The position numbers were made by a program, and so were the translations under genes. Shown here piece after piece: positions 23,364-35,996 of a DNA stretch of 64,000 nucleotides; position 1 is the first letter of the stretch; each line of letters begins with the position of its first letter. Location: NCBI GenBank assembly GCA_963745025.1, contig CAVUWD010000010.1, positions 192,001-256,000 on the forward strand, in the 5' to 3' direction. This stretch comes from an uncultured delta proteobacterium (GTDB lineage Bacteria > Desulfobacterota > Binatia > JACPRU01). The notes under the pieces were generated by a model. The model was not told where the DNA came from. It was given only the letters and a program-made list of their open reading frames with translations, and searched no databases.

Positions 23364-24378
23364 GCTCTCCCATTACGCGAATGGCCGCAGCGACGATGCG
23401 CGGCACCTGGGGCAGCGCCGCCTCCTCGAGATGCTTGGCGTAGGGCATCGGCACTTCGGCCGAGCAGACTCGCTCGACCGGCGCGTCGAGCTCGTAGAAC
23501 GCGCTCTCGACGATGCGTGCGGTGATTTCGGCGGAAAGGCTGCCGCTCTTCCATCCTTCGTCGACGATGACGGCGCGGTGCGTGCGCGACACCGATTGCA
23601 CGATCGGCTCGACGTCGAGCGGCCGTAGCGTTCGCAGGTCGATCACCTCGGCCTCGATCCCTTCGAGAGCGAGCTCCTCCGCCGCCTTGAGCGTCTTCGG
23701 CAGCGTTCCGCCGTAAGTGATGAGGCTTACGTCCGTTCCCGACCGGCGGATCGCCGCGTGGTCGATTTCGACGGCCCCGGCATCGGCGGCGAGCTCTCCC
23801 TCCATCGCGTACAGCGTGCCGTGCTCGAAAATCAGCACCGGATCGGGGTTCTCGAGCGCCGTCCAGAGCATGCCGCGCGCGTCCTCGAGCGTCGCCGGCG
23901 CGAGCACGCGGATCCCCGGGATGTGCGCGTACCAGCCCTCGAGGCTGTGCGAGTGCTGCGCCGCGAGCTGGCGGCCCGCGCCCGTCGTCATGCGGATCAC
24001 GAGCGGGATGTTGAACTGTCCGCCCGACATGTGGAGGATCGTCGCGGCGTTGTTCACGATCTGGTCGAGGGCGAGCAGGCTGAAGTTCACGGTCATGATC
24101 TCGACGATCGGACGCATGCCGCCGAGCGCCGCGCCGATCCCGGCCCCGACGAACGCCGACTCCGAGAGCGGCGTGTCGCGGATGCGCTCGGGGCCGAACT
24201 CGTCGAGCAGCCCCTTGCTGACGGCGAAGCAGCCGCCGTAGCGGCCCACGTCTTCACCCATGAGAAACACCCGTGGATCGCGCTCGAGGGCCTCGCGAAT
24301 GGCCGCGCGCATTGCCTCGCGATAGGTGACCCGCACTTTGGCGGCGGCTGCGGGCACCGCTCCACCGAGGGCGCTCAT
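23356..24378 (-). CDS. pdhB: 2-oxoacid (pyruvate) dehydrogenase E1 beta
   Basis: [26 protein letters not shown]. Confidence 0.9.
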   Translation of the reverse strand: MSALGGAVPAAAAKVRVTYREAMRAAIREALERDPRVFLMGEDVGRYGGCFAVSKGLLDEFGPERIRDTPLSESAFVGAGIGAALGGMRPIVEIMTVNFSLLALDQIVNNAATILHMSGGQFNIPLVIRMTTGAGRQLAAQHSHSLEGWYAHIPGIRVLAPATLEDARGMLWTALENPDPVLIFEHGTLYAMEGELAADAGAVEIDHAAIRRSGTDVSLITYGGTLPKTLKAAEELALEGIEAEVIDLRTLRPLDVEPIVQSVSRTHRAVIVDEGWKSGSLSAEITARIVESAFYELDAPVERVCSAEVPMPYAKHLEEAALPQVPRIVAAAIRVMGEHG

Positions 24379-25366
24379 CGCGGCGACACCTCCGAGTAGA
24401 CGAAGCGTTCCAATTCTTCGACGGGCTCGAGGCTCCCTGCCTCGGCGAAGGCCACCGCGTCGGCTACCTCGGCGGCGATCTCCCCTTCCATGCGCTCGAG
24501 ATCCGCTTCCGCGATGAGGTCCGCTTTCTTCAGGGTTGCGGCCAGCGCTGGGATCGGATCCCGCTTCTTCCACTCCTCGACCTCGCGCTTGTCACGGTAG
24601 AGCTCGGGGTCGAACATCGAGTGCGCGCGGAAGCGATAGGTGCGGAGCTCGAGAAAGCACGGGCCGCCGCCCGCGCGCGCCCCTTCCACCGCGCGGCGCG
24701 CGGCACGCTCGACCGCGAGCACGTCCATGCCGTCGACGGGCCAGGCCGGCATTTCGAACGTCGCCGCTTTGAGCACCAGGTCGGTCTCGGACTCCGAGCG
24801 GCCGAGCGCCGTGCCCATGGCGTAGAGGTTGTTCTCGCAGAGGAACAAGACCGGCAGGTCCCAGAGCGCGGCGAGATTCATCGATTCGTGAAACTCGCCT
24901 TCCGCGACGGCGCCCTCGCCGAAGAAGCACGCGGTCACGCGCGAACGCCCCTGCATCTTGTCGGCGAGCGCGAGGCCGACGGCGAGCGGTAGCCCGCCGC
25001 CGACGATGGCGTTGCCGCCGTAGAAGCGCGTCGCCTTGTCGAAGAGGTGCATCGAGCCGCCGCGGCCGCGACTGCAACCTTCGAGCTTGCCGTACATCTC
25101 CGCCATGATCGAGCGCGCCGACAAGCCGCGCGCCAGCGCATGACCGTGCTCCCGATAGGTAGCGACGACGGCATCCTCGGGCGCGAGAGCCTGCATGACA
25201 CCGACCGCGACGGCCTCTTCCCCGATGTAGACGTGGAGGAAGCCGCGGATCTTCGTCGCGCTGTAGAGCTCGACGCACTTCTCCTCGAAGCGGCGGATGC
25301 GCAGCATCTCGCGAAGCAGCCGAAGCGCATGATCGCGCGGCGGCAGCGTGGGCGTGGTCTCGAGAG

Positions 25367-25370
<4 letters not shown>
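24375..25370 (-). CDS. pdhA: Pyruvate dehydrogenase E1 alpha
   Basis: [21 protein letters not shown] motif GEGA...ENN, YRFRAHS. Confidence 0.9.
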
Positions 25371-27140
<1,770 letters not shown>

Positions 27141-27153
27141 GTCGCGAAAAGTC

Positions 27154-27169
27154 CGCAAGAAGCGTGCCC
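27154..27169 (-). promoter_or_regulatory. Sigma-54 promoter of acsA-pdhAB-E2-ACP
   Basis: GGGCACGCTTCTTGCG (GG-N10-GC). Confidence 0.7.
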
Positions 27170-27473
27170 TTAAACTTATAGCCTTTCGAGTAGGGCAGTG
27201 TTCCCGAAACTTGGAATGGAAATTTTCCTCCTTTCCGCTTTCGAGAACGAACTATCATTGAAACGCAGGCATCAGAGAAAGCATAAAGTGACGTTGATGA
27301 GATACTCTAGCGACGAAGATTTGACGCAGGAAACCGAAGTGTCGAATGACAGAGATTAGTCCACTACTAATATTGTTCTTAAAATTCAAGTGCTTGACGC
27401 CAGTTTGCCTTGATTCGGTTGATGTATTTAACCATCTAAAATTTATGGCATGAGTCTTGATAAGTCCTAGTCC

Positions 27474-29198
27474 ATGATTCCAGATAAATCGACTGAACAA
27501 TCGTTTGGCTACTTCTGGACTCGGATCCCTTCACGGCGAGTAAGAGGGGAACTTCACGCCCTTATTTGCTCTCTTCTCTTTGCGGTGGTTGGACTCTTCC
27601 CGAGCCAATCTCATGGTCAGGCTGCGGATCCCGTGGCGCCTCAGGCACGGCGTCCGGCTCATTCGCTTCGGGCATCGGTGAAACTCCGCACCCCGGCCGA
27701 AATGGACGAGGCGGAGCGCATGGTCGTGAGCCCGACATCATCAGGCTCGGTCCCGTTTCGTTCGACCATCAGCGCTGATGAGCTGGTGGCGCTCAAAGCG
27801 GGGCCGGCGTTGCAGGTCTCGGTCGCTCGCCGAGCGTCGAGGTCTAGCGGTGGCATGGCTGCACTCGTGGGCGCCGCCTCGATTAATCTCCCGATTGTTC
27901 AAGGGATAAACGTCGATGGGGTGGATCAAGGAACGGGCGTTTTGATACCGCCGGATACGCATGGCGCGGTGGGCGCGAGCCAGTTCGTCGAGGTCGTGAA
28001 TCAGCGGTTCGTCGTATACAGCAAGGACAATCCGCCCAAACTGCTGAAGAACGTCTCGCTCGCGAACTTTTTCGGGTATGCCGCGCCGTTTCCGGGTCTC
28101 TTCGATCCACGGGTCATCTATGATCCTACGTGGAAGCGCTGGATCGTGACGGCGAACGCGTTCCACGAGTCGCCCGGGGTGCAAAAGCTACTCATCGCCG
28201 TATCGAAGACTTCGAACGCTAAGGGCGCATTCTACGTCTTCCACAACTTCGACACGGACGTCCTCAACAACGGCAACTTCAGTGATTTTCCCCAACTCGG
28301 TATGGATCAGGATGCGATCATCTTGACGACCAACGTCTTCGAAAACGAGGCGGAGACTTCTCCGTATGTACGGAGCGAGGTCATCACGTTTGCGAAGGCC
28401 CGGGCTTATAATGGGTTGGCACTGGAGGCTCAGTTCTTCGACGCGGGCCTATCAGGGACGATCGCTCCGCCGATCGTGTTGGATGAGAACCCGCACACGT
28501 TCCTCGTCGCTGCCGCCCCCGTTGCCTACCCGAATGGAATCTCGCTGGGCCTCTTCACGCTTACTAACGCGAGCCGGGGCTCCGGGGCTTCGCTTGCGGG
28601 ACCGGTGTCGGTGCCCGTCGCGGCCTATGGTGTGCCAGGGGACGCGCAGCAGCTCGGCACGACAGATACCCTGCTCACCAGCGACGCCCGCTTCGCGAAC
28701 GCGAGCACTCAAGTGGACGATACGCTGTGGCAGACCCACTCGGTGGATACTGGGACTGGGTTGCCGACGCCTGTATGGTACAAGATCAACACGGAGGCGC
28801 AGAGCGTCGCCGAGCAAGGCCAATTCTACTCGACCCCGACGTCGTTCGACTTCAACGCATCGATCGTTGCCAACCAGGAAGGCGACATGTTCGTCACATG
28901 GTCTTCGACCGATCCGTTTCCAAATTCTGGGTTTCCGGCCGTGAACGCGCAGGTGCGCTTTTCCGGCAGAACCGTTGGCAATTCCGCGACCGATCTTTCT
29001 CCGGGCAAAGCTCTCTTCACGAGCTCGACGTTCTACAGTCCTGTCGACTTCGGCCTTTCTCCCTGGCCTTGGGGCGACTATTCCTCCATCACGATCGATC
29101 CTGCGGACGATATGCAGGCGTGGCTCGTGAACCAAAAGAATAGCTCGAAGAGCACCTGGGGCTCCCGGATCGGCCGCATCACCTTCCCCTCTCCATGA
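27474..29198 (+). CDS. Secreted hypothetical protein (PPD...GAVG / WGDYS type)
   Basis: Hydrophobic signal ending near SHG-QA; PPDTHGAVG, FDPRVIYD, DFPQLG, WGDYSSITIDP; AT-rich upstream DNA. Start uncertain. Confidence 0.7.
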   Translation: MIPDKSTEQSFGYFWTRIPSRRVRGELHALICSLLFAVVGLFPSQSHGQAADPVAPQARRPAHSLRASVKLRTPAEMDEAERMVVSPTSSGSVPFRSTISADELVALKAGPALQVSVARRASRSSGGMAALVGAASINLPIVQGINVDGVDQGTGVLIPPDTHGAVGASQFVEVVNQRFVVYSKDNPPKLLKNVSLANFFGYAAPFPGLFDPRVIYDPTWKRWIVTANAFHESPGVQKLLIAVSKTSNAKGAFYVFHNFDTDVLNNGNFSDFPQLGMDQDAIILTTNVFENEAETSPYVRSEVITFAKARAYNGLALEAQFFDAGLSGTIAPPIVLDENPHTFLVAAAPVAYPNGISLGLFTLTNASRGSGASLAGPVSVPVAAYGVPGDAQQLGTTDTLLTSDARFANASTQVDDTLWQTHSVDTGTGLPTPVWYKINTEAQSVAEQGQFYSTPTSFDFNASIVANQEGDMFVTWSSTDPFPNSGFPAVNAQVRFSGRTVGNSATDLSPGKALFTSSTFYSPVDFGLSPWPWGDYSSITIDPADDMQAWLVNQKNSSKSTWGSRIGRITFPSP

Positions 29199-29300
29199 CG
29201 ACTCGGCGCTCGCCACGGCAAAGAGAACCTTCAGCGAGTTTTCAAGATTTGCGAGCCTCAGAGGTAGAGCAACGACGCGCTTCGTGATTACCCAGACGCA

Positions 29301-29843
29301 ATGCTTCTCGAGATGTGCCAGGTCCTCTACTGCTTCGGCCCGGCGTACGCGGCCGACGTGGCGCCCGTCCTGGTTCGCGGCATGTTCGAGCCGCTCGCCC
29401 GGCCGCTCGACGCCGGCCGTAGCTTTCGCGGTCGACCGATCTTCGGCAGCCACAAGACTTGGCGGGGTCTCGTCTTCGGACTCATCGCGGGGAGCATCGT
29501 GTTCCAGCTCCAAGCCCTCTTCTACGAGCTCGGATGGCTGCGCGAGCTCGCGCTAGTCGACTATCACCGCCAACCCGTGCTGCCGGGCTTGCTGATGGGG
29601 TTCGGGGCGATCGCGGGCGACTCGATCAAATCGTTCTTCAAGCGACAGGTGGGGATCGCGCCGGGCTCGAGCTGGCTCGTCTTCGATCAGCTCGATTTCT
29701 TCTTCGGGGCGTCGCTGCTCCTGTCGATGGTGCAGCCCCTGCCGCTCCTCCCGTGGATAGCCGTGCTGCCGATCGTATTCGTGTGCGACGTGATCGTGGC
29801 GGCGCTCGCCTACACGTGTGGGCTGAAGGACGCGTGGATCTGA
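29301..29843 (+). CDS. CDP-archaeol synthase (CarS/DUF46)-like membrane cytidylyltransferase
   Basis: PLDAG...IFGSHKTWRG and GDSIKSFFKRQVG..PG....DQLDF with several TM segments. Confidence 0.8.
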   Translation: MLLEMCQVLYCFGPAYAADVAPVLVRGMFEPLARPLDAGRSFRGRPIFGSHKTWRGLVFGLIAGSIVFQLQALFYELGWLRELALVDYHRQPVLPGLLMGFGAIAGDSIKSFFKRQVGIAPGSSWLVFDQLDFFFGASLLLSMVQPLPLLPWIAVLPIVFVCDVIVAALAYTCGLKDAWI

Positions 29844-29861
29844 GGCGTCTCTTCGCTCACC

Positions 29862-30746
29862 CTACGCGACGCGCCTGCTACCCGCCTCGAGCCAAAGAGC
29901 CTTCAGGTCTTTCGGCAGCTGGCTGAATATGTCCCAAGCCTCGCCTTCTTTGCCGGTGGCGCTGCCGAGCAATCGCTGCAGACCACGGAAGACGACGCGC
30001 ACGGCTTTTTCCGCCTGCGCATCGCTCTCCAAGCCGGCCCTCCGGCGCACCCGGCCGATGAATTCCTCCCTGTGAATTCGTCGAACGCGACGGTTGGGCC
30101 GCTCCTGTTCTAGCCAGAGTGGCTTCACCTGCGCGGGAAGCTGCGCCGCGACGTCGGCGGCCTCTTTGGGCGTGAGGCGATCCCGTAGCTCCTGGAGTAC
30201 CGCGAATGCGATGCCCTCCGCTTGCCGGTGCTCGCAACCCAGACGCTGCGCGATCTCGCGGATGAGTGAGGGCTTTCGCGCCCTCGCTCCGCCGCGTCGC
30301 GCCGCGCGGAACGCATCGCCGGCCTCGCTAGCCGCGGCGCACTTGAGCGCCCGGACGACGTCCTCGCGAGAAATGATGCCGACGACCTCCTCGCCCATCA
30401 TGACCGGGAAGCTCTTGAATCGCGTGTCGGCCATCATGCGAATCACCCGCGTGAGCGGCGTGTGGCTGCGGACCGTGATCGGCTCGCGGGTCATCACGGC
30501 CGAAACCTGTTGGCGTAGCATCTGCGGGTACGATTGCACGTCCGAGCGCCGCTCGAAGCCGAAAGCCTTGAGCAGGTCGAGCTTGGTGAGCACGCCGACG
30601 AGGCGACCTTCCTCCACCACGGGAATGCAGTTGAACTCGTTCTCGTCGAAAATCTCTTGGGCTTTCGCGAGCGTGGTACGACTGTCGATCGTGACGACCG
30701 GAAAGGTCATGAAGTCGTCCGCCCGGTACTCGAGGAACTCGAACAT
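29862..30746 (-). CDS. CBS pair fused to a DUF2267-like domain
   Basis: Two CBS repeats, then AVLQELRDRL...DVAAQLP and GEAWDIFSQLPKDLKALW. Confidence 0.78.
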   Translation of the reverse strand: MFEFLEYRADDFMTFPVVTIDSRTTLAKAQEIFDENEFNCIPVVEEGRLVGVLTKLDLLKAFGFERRSDVQSYPQMLRQQVSAVMTREPITVRSHTPLTRVIRMMADTRFKSFPVMMGEEVVGIISREDVVRALKCAAASEAGDAFRAARRGGARARKPSLIREIAQRLGCEHRQAEGIAFAVLQELRDRLTPKEAADVAAQLPAQVKPLWLEQERPNRRVRRIHREEFIGRVRRRAGLESDAQAEKAVRVVFRGLQRLLGSATGKEGEAWDIFSQLPKDLKALWLEAGSRRVA

Positions 30747-30770
30747 GGCGCGGCCTCCCGCTAAGGAGCG

Positions 30771-30786
30771 AGCACAGACCATGCCG
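30771..30786 (-). promoter_or_regulatory. Sigma-54 promoter of CBS-DUF2267
   Basis: CGGCATGGTCTGTGCT (GG-N10-GC). Confidence 0.62.
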
Positions 30787-31090
30787 AGCGGCGTGCGATA
30801 GGAGCGCCGGGTTGATGGCCAGGTTTTCCCGCGGTCGGGAAAGGGGAAGTCATCGAATTCTCGAATGGAGGAACGTCTTCAGCTCGTTGCGGTCCTTTGG
30901 CCGACCTGCCTCGGGCGCTCACGATCTGCCGGCTGGCACGTTCCTTGGGACGCTTGCGCTCCATGGCGACGCGCCATAACGATTTCATCCGACGTTGCAT
31001 TAGCCTCGGGCAACTCGAAAGGAGAGTTCTGTAAAGCAGCCCCTGACATCGACCGATCTGCAACCGCCGCCCGCCTGTCGCCCCCCGGCG

Positions 31091-31849
31091 GTGACGGATT
31101 GCGAGACATCGGCAGGGCAGCTCGTCCTCGAGGCGCGCGACCTTTCGGTGACGATCGGGTCGGAGGAGATCGTCTCGGGTGTGTCACTGACTCTGCGCCG
31201 CGGGGAGGTCCTAGCGCTGATCGGGCCGAACGGGGCGGGGAAGACCGTCCTGCTGCGGGCCCTCCTCGGTCTCGTGCCGTACTCGGGAGAGGTGCATTGG
31301 CGAGAAGGGGTTCGCTGCGGCTATGTCCCGCAGCGGCTCACGGTCGACCGCTCGATACCGCTCACCGTTCGGGAGTTTCTGCTCCTCAAGTCACCGCGCT
31401 TCTGGTTTCCGAGCCGGAGTGCGATCGCGGACCTAAAGCACGAGCTGGACCTCGTGGGCCTCTCCACCGACCTCCTCCGCAAGTCACTCGGCGAGCTCTC
31501 CGGCGGACACTTGCAGCGGATTCTCATTGCCTGGGCGATGCTCGGTCACCCCGACGTGCTTCTATTCGACGAGCCGACGGCGAGCGTCGACCTCGGATTC
31601 CAGGATACCGTTTACAACCTCGTCCGGCGGATGCAGCGGGAACGGGGAACGGCCATCCTTCTCATCTCGCACGACCTGAACGTCGTCTATCGTCATGCCG
31701 ACCACGTAATGTGCCTGAACAAGAAGGTGCTGTGCTACGGCCGCCCGCGCGACGTCCTCAATGCGGAGAGTCTGGCGCGCCTATACGGCGAGGTGGCCTT
31801 CTACGAGCACGATCACGCGAATGCTCCGATGATGCAGTCGCAAACGTGA
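31091..31849 (+). CDS. Zn/Mn ABC transporter ATPase (ZnuC-like)
   Basis: GPNGAGKT, GYVPQ, LSGG, LFDEPT, SHDL, His-rich tail. Confidence 0.88.
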   Translation: MTDCETSAGQLVLEARDLSVTIGSEEIVSGVSLTLRRGEVLALIGPNGAGKTVLLRALLGLVPYSGEVHWREGVRCGYVPQRLTVDRSIPLTVREFLLLKSPRFWFPSRSAIADLKHELDLVGLSTDLLRKSLGELSGGHLQRILIAWAMLGHPDVLLFDEPTASVDLGFQDTVYNLVRRMQRERGTAILLISHDLNVVYRHADHVMCLNKKVLCYGRPRDVLNAESLARLYGEVAFYEHDHANAPMMQSQT

Positions 31850-32637
31850 TGGGACCCGGCCTGGCACAGAGCCTCGTCATGGCGGGCGCCGTCGGCACGG
31901 CGTCGGGAGCGATCGGCGCGTTCGTCATCCTGAGGAGAATGGCACTCGTCGGCGACGCTCTCTCCCATGTGGCGCTGCCTGGGATCGCCGTGGCGATCCT
32001 CTACGGAGTCGATCCCTTCTGGGGCGTCGTCGCGTGTCTCGTCGGTGCGAGCTCGATCGTCTGGTGGCTGGAAGGTAGGACGAACCTGCCGGCCGAGGCG
32101 CTGGTCGGTGTTCTGTTCACGGCCAGCCTGGCCGTCGGTACCTTGCTCATTCCCAGCGAGGCGCTGGTCGACTCCCTCTTCGGCGCATTTCCCAGCCTAT
32201 CCCCGCCAGCGCTGACCGGTCTCGTCGCCCTGGCCGGCGCGACGACCTGCGTCTCGTTCCTTTTCGCCCGAGAATTCCTCCTGCTCAGTCTTTCCCGGGA
32301 GCTGGCGCAAGCGGGTGGAACCGGCCGTCGAACCGACCTCGTGCTGCTGCTGAACTTCGCCTTGGTGGTCGCGCTCGGAATCAAGCTCGTCGGCACGTTG
32401 CTGATGGGCGCGCTCACCATCCTACCCGCCGCGATTGCCAAGGTGACCTGCCGGAGCGTCGTGGGGTACATGGGAACCGCCGTCGCGCTAGGCGCGCTCA
32501 ACGCGGTCGGCGGCACGATCATCGCCAGACGTCTCGAGCTTCTGCCGGGACCGACGATCATCCTGCTCGGCGTAGGCTTCTTCGTCGTGTCGCTCGTGTG
32601 GACGGCCGCGCAAAGGTCGACCGGGGCCACAACATGA
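31849..32637 (+). CDS. Zn/Mn ABC transporter permease (ZnuB-like)
   Basis: RRMALVGDALSHVALPG and GIKLVGTLL; TGATG coupling with the ATPase. Confidence 0.88.
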   Translation: MGPGLAQSLVMAGAVGTASGAIGAFVILRRMALVGDALSHVALPGIAVAILYGVDPFWGVVACLVGASSIVWWLEGRTNLPAEALVGVLFTASLAVGTLLIPSEALVDSLFGAFPSLSPPALTGLVALAGATTCVSFLFAREFLLLSLSRELAQAGGTGRRTDLVLLLNFALVVALGIKLVGTLLMGALTILPAAIAKVTCRSVVGYMGTAVALGALNAVGGTIIARRLELLPGPTIILLGVGFFVVSLVWTAAQRSTGATT

Positions 32638-32725
32638 AGGCGAGCAGGCACCAGGTACCAGGTACTGCCATTGCCCTCCAGCCTGGCAGCGACCGCGATC
32701 GCAGAAAGGACTTGATGCCAAGACC

Positions 32726-35147
32726 ATGAAGCCAGGCGAGCCGCTCCAACCCGAAGAGCTCTACCGAAAAAGCGATCCGGAGAGCATCCCCTTCAAAACC
32801 ACCGCCGAGCTCGAGGCGCCAACCGAGTTCTTCGGGCAACGGCGCGCTCTCGATGCGGTCCGCTTCGGAGTCGGCATCGGGCGCGAGGGTTACAACATCT
32901 TCGCGCTGGGGCCCTCCGGCACGGGCCGCCACTTCCTCGTGCAGCAGCTCCTCGAGCAACGCGCCGAGAAGGGCCCGGCGCCGCGCGATCAGTGCTACGT
33001 TCACAACTTCGACGAGTCGCATCGGCCTCGGTCGATGCGACTCCCCGCCGGGGTTGCGGTCCAATTTCGCAAGGACATGGAGCGGCTCGTCGAAGAGCTT
33101 CGTCCGGCACTGACCGCTGCGCTCGAGAGCGAGGAGTACCGTACCCGGCGCCAGGTCATCGAAGAAGAAATCAAGGAGCGGCAGGAGAAGGCGCTCGCGG
33201 AGCTCGAGGAGCGCGCCAAGCGGCAAGGCTTCGCGCTGCTGCGCACGCCGATGGGCCTCGTCCTCGCCCCGGTGCGGGATAACGAGATCATCACTCCGGA
33301 GCAATTCCAAAAGCTGCCGGATGTCGAACGTCGGCAGAAGGAAGAGCAGCTGCAAACCCTGCAGCGCGAGCTGCAGGAGACCATCCGCAAGATGCCGCAG
33401 TTGGAGCACGAGGCGCGCGAACGGCTGCGCGAGCTCAACCGCGAGATCACCCGGTTCGCAGTCGGCCACCTGATCGTCGCGCTGCGCGAGAAGCACCGTG
33501 AGCTCGTCGACATCGTCGCCTACCTCGACGCCGTCGAGCGCGACCTCGTCGAGAACGCACGGAGCCTGCTCTCGGGCGACGAGATTCCTCCGGCCCTGAT
33601 GCATGGCGGCGCGGCGAGCGTGCTCGGGGAACCGCCGTGGCTGCGGCGCTACCGCGTCAACGTGCTCGTGGATCACGGCGCCTCGAGCGGAGCCCCGGTC
33701 GTCTACGAGGACAATCCGAGCTACGAGAACCTGATCGGCCGCGTGGAGCACCTGGCACAGATGGGCACTCTCGTCACCGATTTCACGCTCATCAAGCCCG
33801 GGGCGCTGCATCGCGCCAACAGCGGCTACCTGGTTCTCGATGCGCTGCGCGTGCTGCTCGAGCCCTTCGCCTGGGAGGCGCTCAAGCGAGCGCTGCAATC
33901 CCGGCAGCTGCGGATCGAGTCGTTGGGACAGCGGCTGAGCCTCGTCAGCACGGTCTCCCTGGAGCCCGAGCCCGTCCCTCTGGACGTCAAGGTGGTCCTG
34001 ATCGGCGACCGGCGCCTGTACTACCTGCTCTGCGACCTGGATCCGGACTTCTCGCGTCTCTTCAAGGTGGCTGCGGACTTCGAGGACGACGCCGAGCGCA
34101 CGGCCGAGAGCGAAGCCGGCTACGCGCGGCTCGTGGCGATGCTCGCCCGCAAGGAGGGGCTTCGCCCGTTCGATCGCGGCGCCGTGGCGCGCGTGATCGA
34201 GCAAGGCGCGCGCTCGGCGGGCGACTCGGAGAAGCTCTCCGCCCGCACGGAGAGCGTTCTCAACCTACTTCGCGAAGCCGACTACTGGGCCGGCGAGGCC
34301 GGCCGCGGCGTTGCCGGCGTCGAGGACGTCGAGCGTGCGATCGAAGCGGAGATCGCTCGCTCCGACCGCATCCGCCGGCGGCTTCTCGACGAGGTGCTAC
34401 GCGGAACTCTCCTGGTCGATACGACGGGCAGTCAGGTCGGGCAGGTGAACGGTCTCTCCGTACTCCAGCTCGGGGGCTTCGCGTTCGGGCATCCGACCCG
34501 AATCACGGCGCGCGTGCGGCCCGGCAAGGGCGAGATCATCGACATCGAGCGCGAGGTCAAGCTCGGCGGGCCGATCCACTCTAAGGGGGTCCTGATCCTT
34601 TCCGGGTTCATCGGCGGGCGCTACGCGCGAGAGCGTCCGCTGTCGCTCTCGGCAAGCCTGGTCTTCGAGCAGTCCTACGGCGGGGTGGAGGGCGACAGTG
34701 CGTCCGCCGCGGAGCTCTTCGCGCTACTCTCCGCCATCGCCGAGATCCCGCTTCGGCAGTCGCTCGCGGTCACCGGCTCGGTGAACCAGCACGGGCGGCT
34801 CCAGGCCATCGGCGGGGTCAACGAGAAGATCGAGGGCTTCTTCGATCTCTGCCGGTCCAGGGGCCTCACCGGCGAGCAGGGGGTGCTCGTTCCCGCACTC
34901 CAACGTCAAGCATCTGATGCTCCGCAGCGACGTCGTCGAGGCGGCACGGGCGGGCCAATTTCGTGTGATTCCGATCGAGACCGTGGATCAGGCGATGGAG
35001 ATCCTCACCGGCCTTCCCGCCGGGGAGCGCGACAGTCGGGGAAGTTATCCCGCGGGGAGCGTCAACCGCCGGGTGGAGATGCGGCTGGCCCGGCTCGCGG
35101 CGATCTGGTCCGCGCCCAGTGAAGAGACCTGGAGAAGGGGACCATGA
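32726..35147 (+). CDS. Lon-family protease (AAA_32 plus Lon_C); frameshift at ~34898
   Basis: GQRRA, IKPGALHRANSGYL, GQVNGLSV, catalytic Ser (EGDSAS) and Lys (NEKIEG). The conserved tail SNVKHLMLRSDVV lies in the 34917-35147 frame. Confidence 0.88.
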
Positions 35148-35983
35148 GCGAGACCGGGGTGTTCAGCCGTGTTCTCGTCGCTCTGGATGCCTCGCCGAAC
35201 AGCCTGACGGCGCTCGACGCGGCGGTGGAATTCGCCGCGCTCTTCGATGCCGAGCTGCTCGGGATCTTCGTGGAGGATGTGGAGCTGCTGCGGCTCGCCG
35301 ATCTGCCGTTCGCGAGCGAGGTGGCCTCGTTCTCGGCGTCCATTCAGCCTCTCGACGCTGAGCGACTGCGGCTCCAGCTCCGGGCGGTCGCCGAGCGCTC
35401 CCGCCGCGCCCTGGCGGTTTCGGCGGAGCGTGCCCGTGTTCGCTGGTCCTTCCGGGTGGCGCGTGGCTCGGTCGCAGCCGCGGTCATGGAAGGGGTGGGC
35501 GGCCGCGACCTGATCAGCTTCGGCCGGCTCGGTTGGTCGCGGCTCGGCAAACCCCTCGGTAGCACCGCGCGGGCAATCTTGTCCGAAGCACGGGCCTCTA
35601 CGCTCGTGCTGCAACTCGGCCGGCGAATCGGCGCACCGCTTTGTGCGCTCTACGACGGCTCGAAGGCCGCACGCCGGGGCCTGGACGCGATTGCCCGCCT
35701 GGCAAGAGGAAGCCCTGCGACGGTCGTGATCGTCGCGGCCGACGAGAGCGTCGCCGAACGCCTCGAGCGCGAAGCGGAAGAGATCCTGCAAGCGCAGGGG
35801 ATCGCGGCCGAGGTACGGCGCGTCAGCGGATCGAATCGCGAGACGATCCGCGCCGCGATTCGCGCCGTGGGGGCCGGGCTGGTCGTGCTGCCGATCGATG
35901 GAGCGATCGCGACGGGCGAGGAAGTCGTCGACCTTCTCGTGGACTTGGACGTTCCGGTCCTTCTCGTGCGTGACGTCGAGTAG
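35144..35983 (+). CDS. Two-domain USP-like protein
   Basis: RVLVALDAS, GIFVED, GSTAR, VPVLLVR; ATGA coupling to the corrected Lon stop. Confidence 0.8.
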   Translation: MSETGVFSRVLVALDASPNSLTALDAAVEFAALFDAELLGIFVEDVELLRLADLPFASEVASFSASIQPLDAERLRLQLRAVAERSRRALAVSAERARVRWSFRVARGSVAAAVMEGVGGRDLISFGRLGWSRLGKPLGSTARAILSEARASTLVLQLGRRIGAPLCALYDGSKAARRGLDAIARLARGSPATVVIVAADESVAERLEREAEEILQAQGIAAEVRRVSGSNRETIRAAIRAVGAGLVVLPIDGAIATGEEVVDLLVDLDVPVLLVRDVE

Positions 35984-35996
35984 GGGAAGGAAACAC

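Noticed and set aside
27255-27500. 81-aa minus-strand ORF in the AT-rich patch
   Set aside because: No RBS or motifs; more likely promoter DNA.
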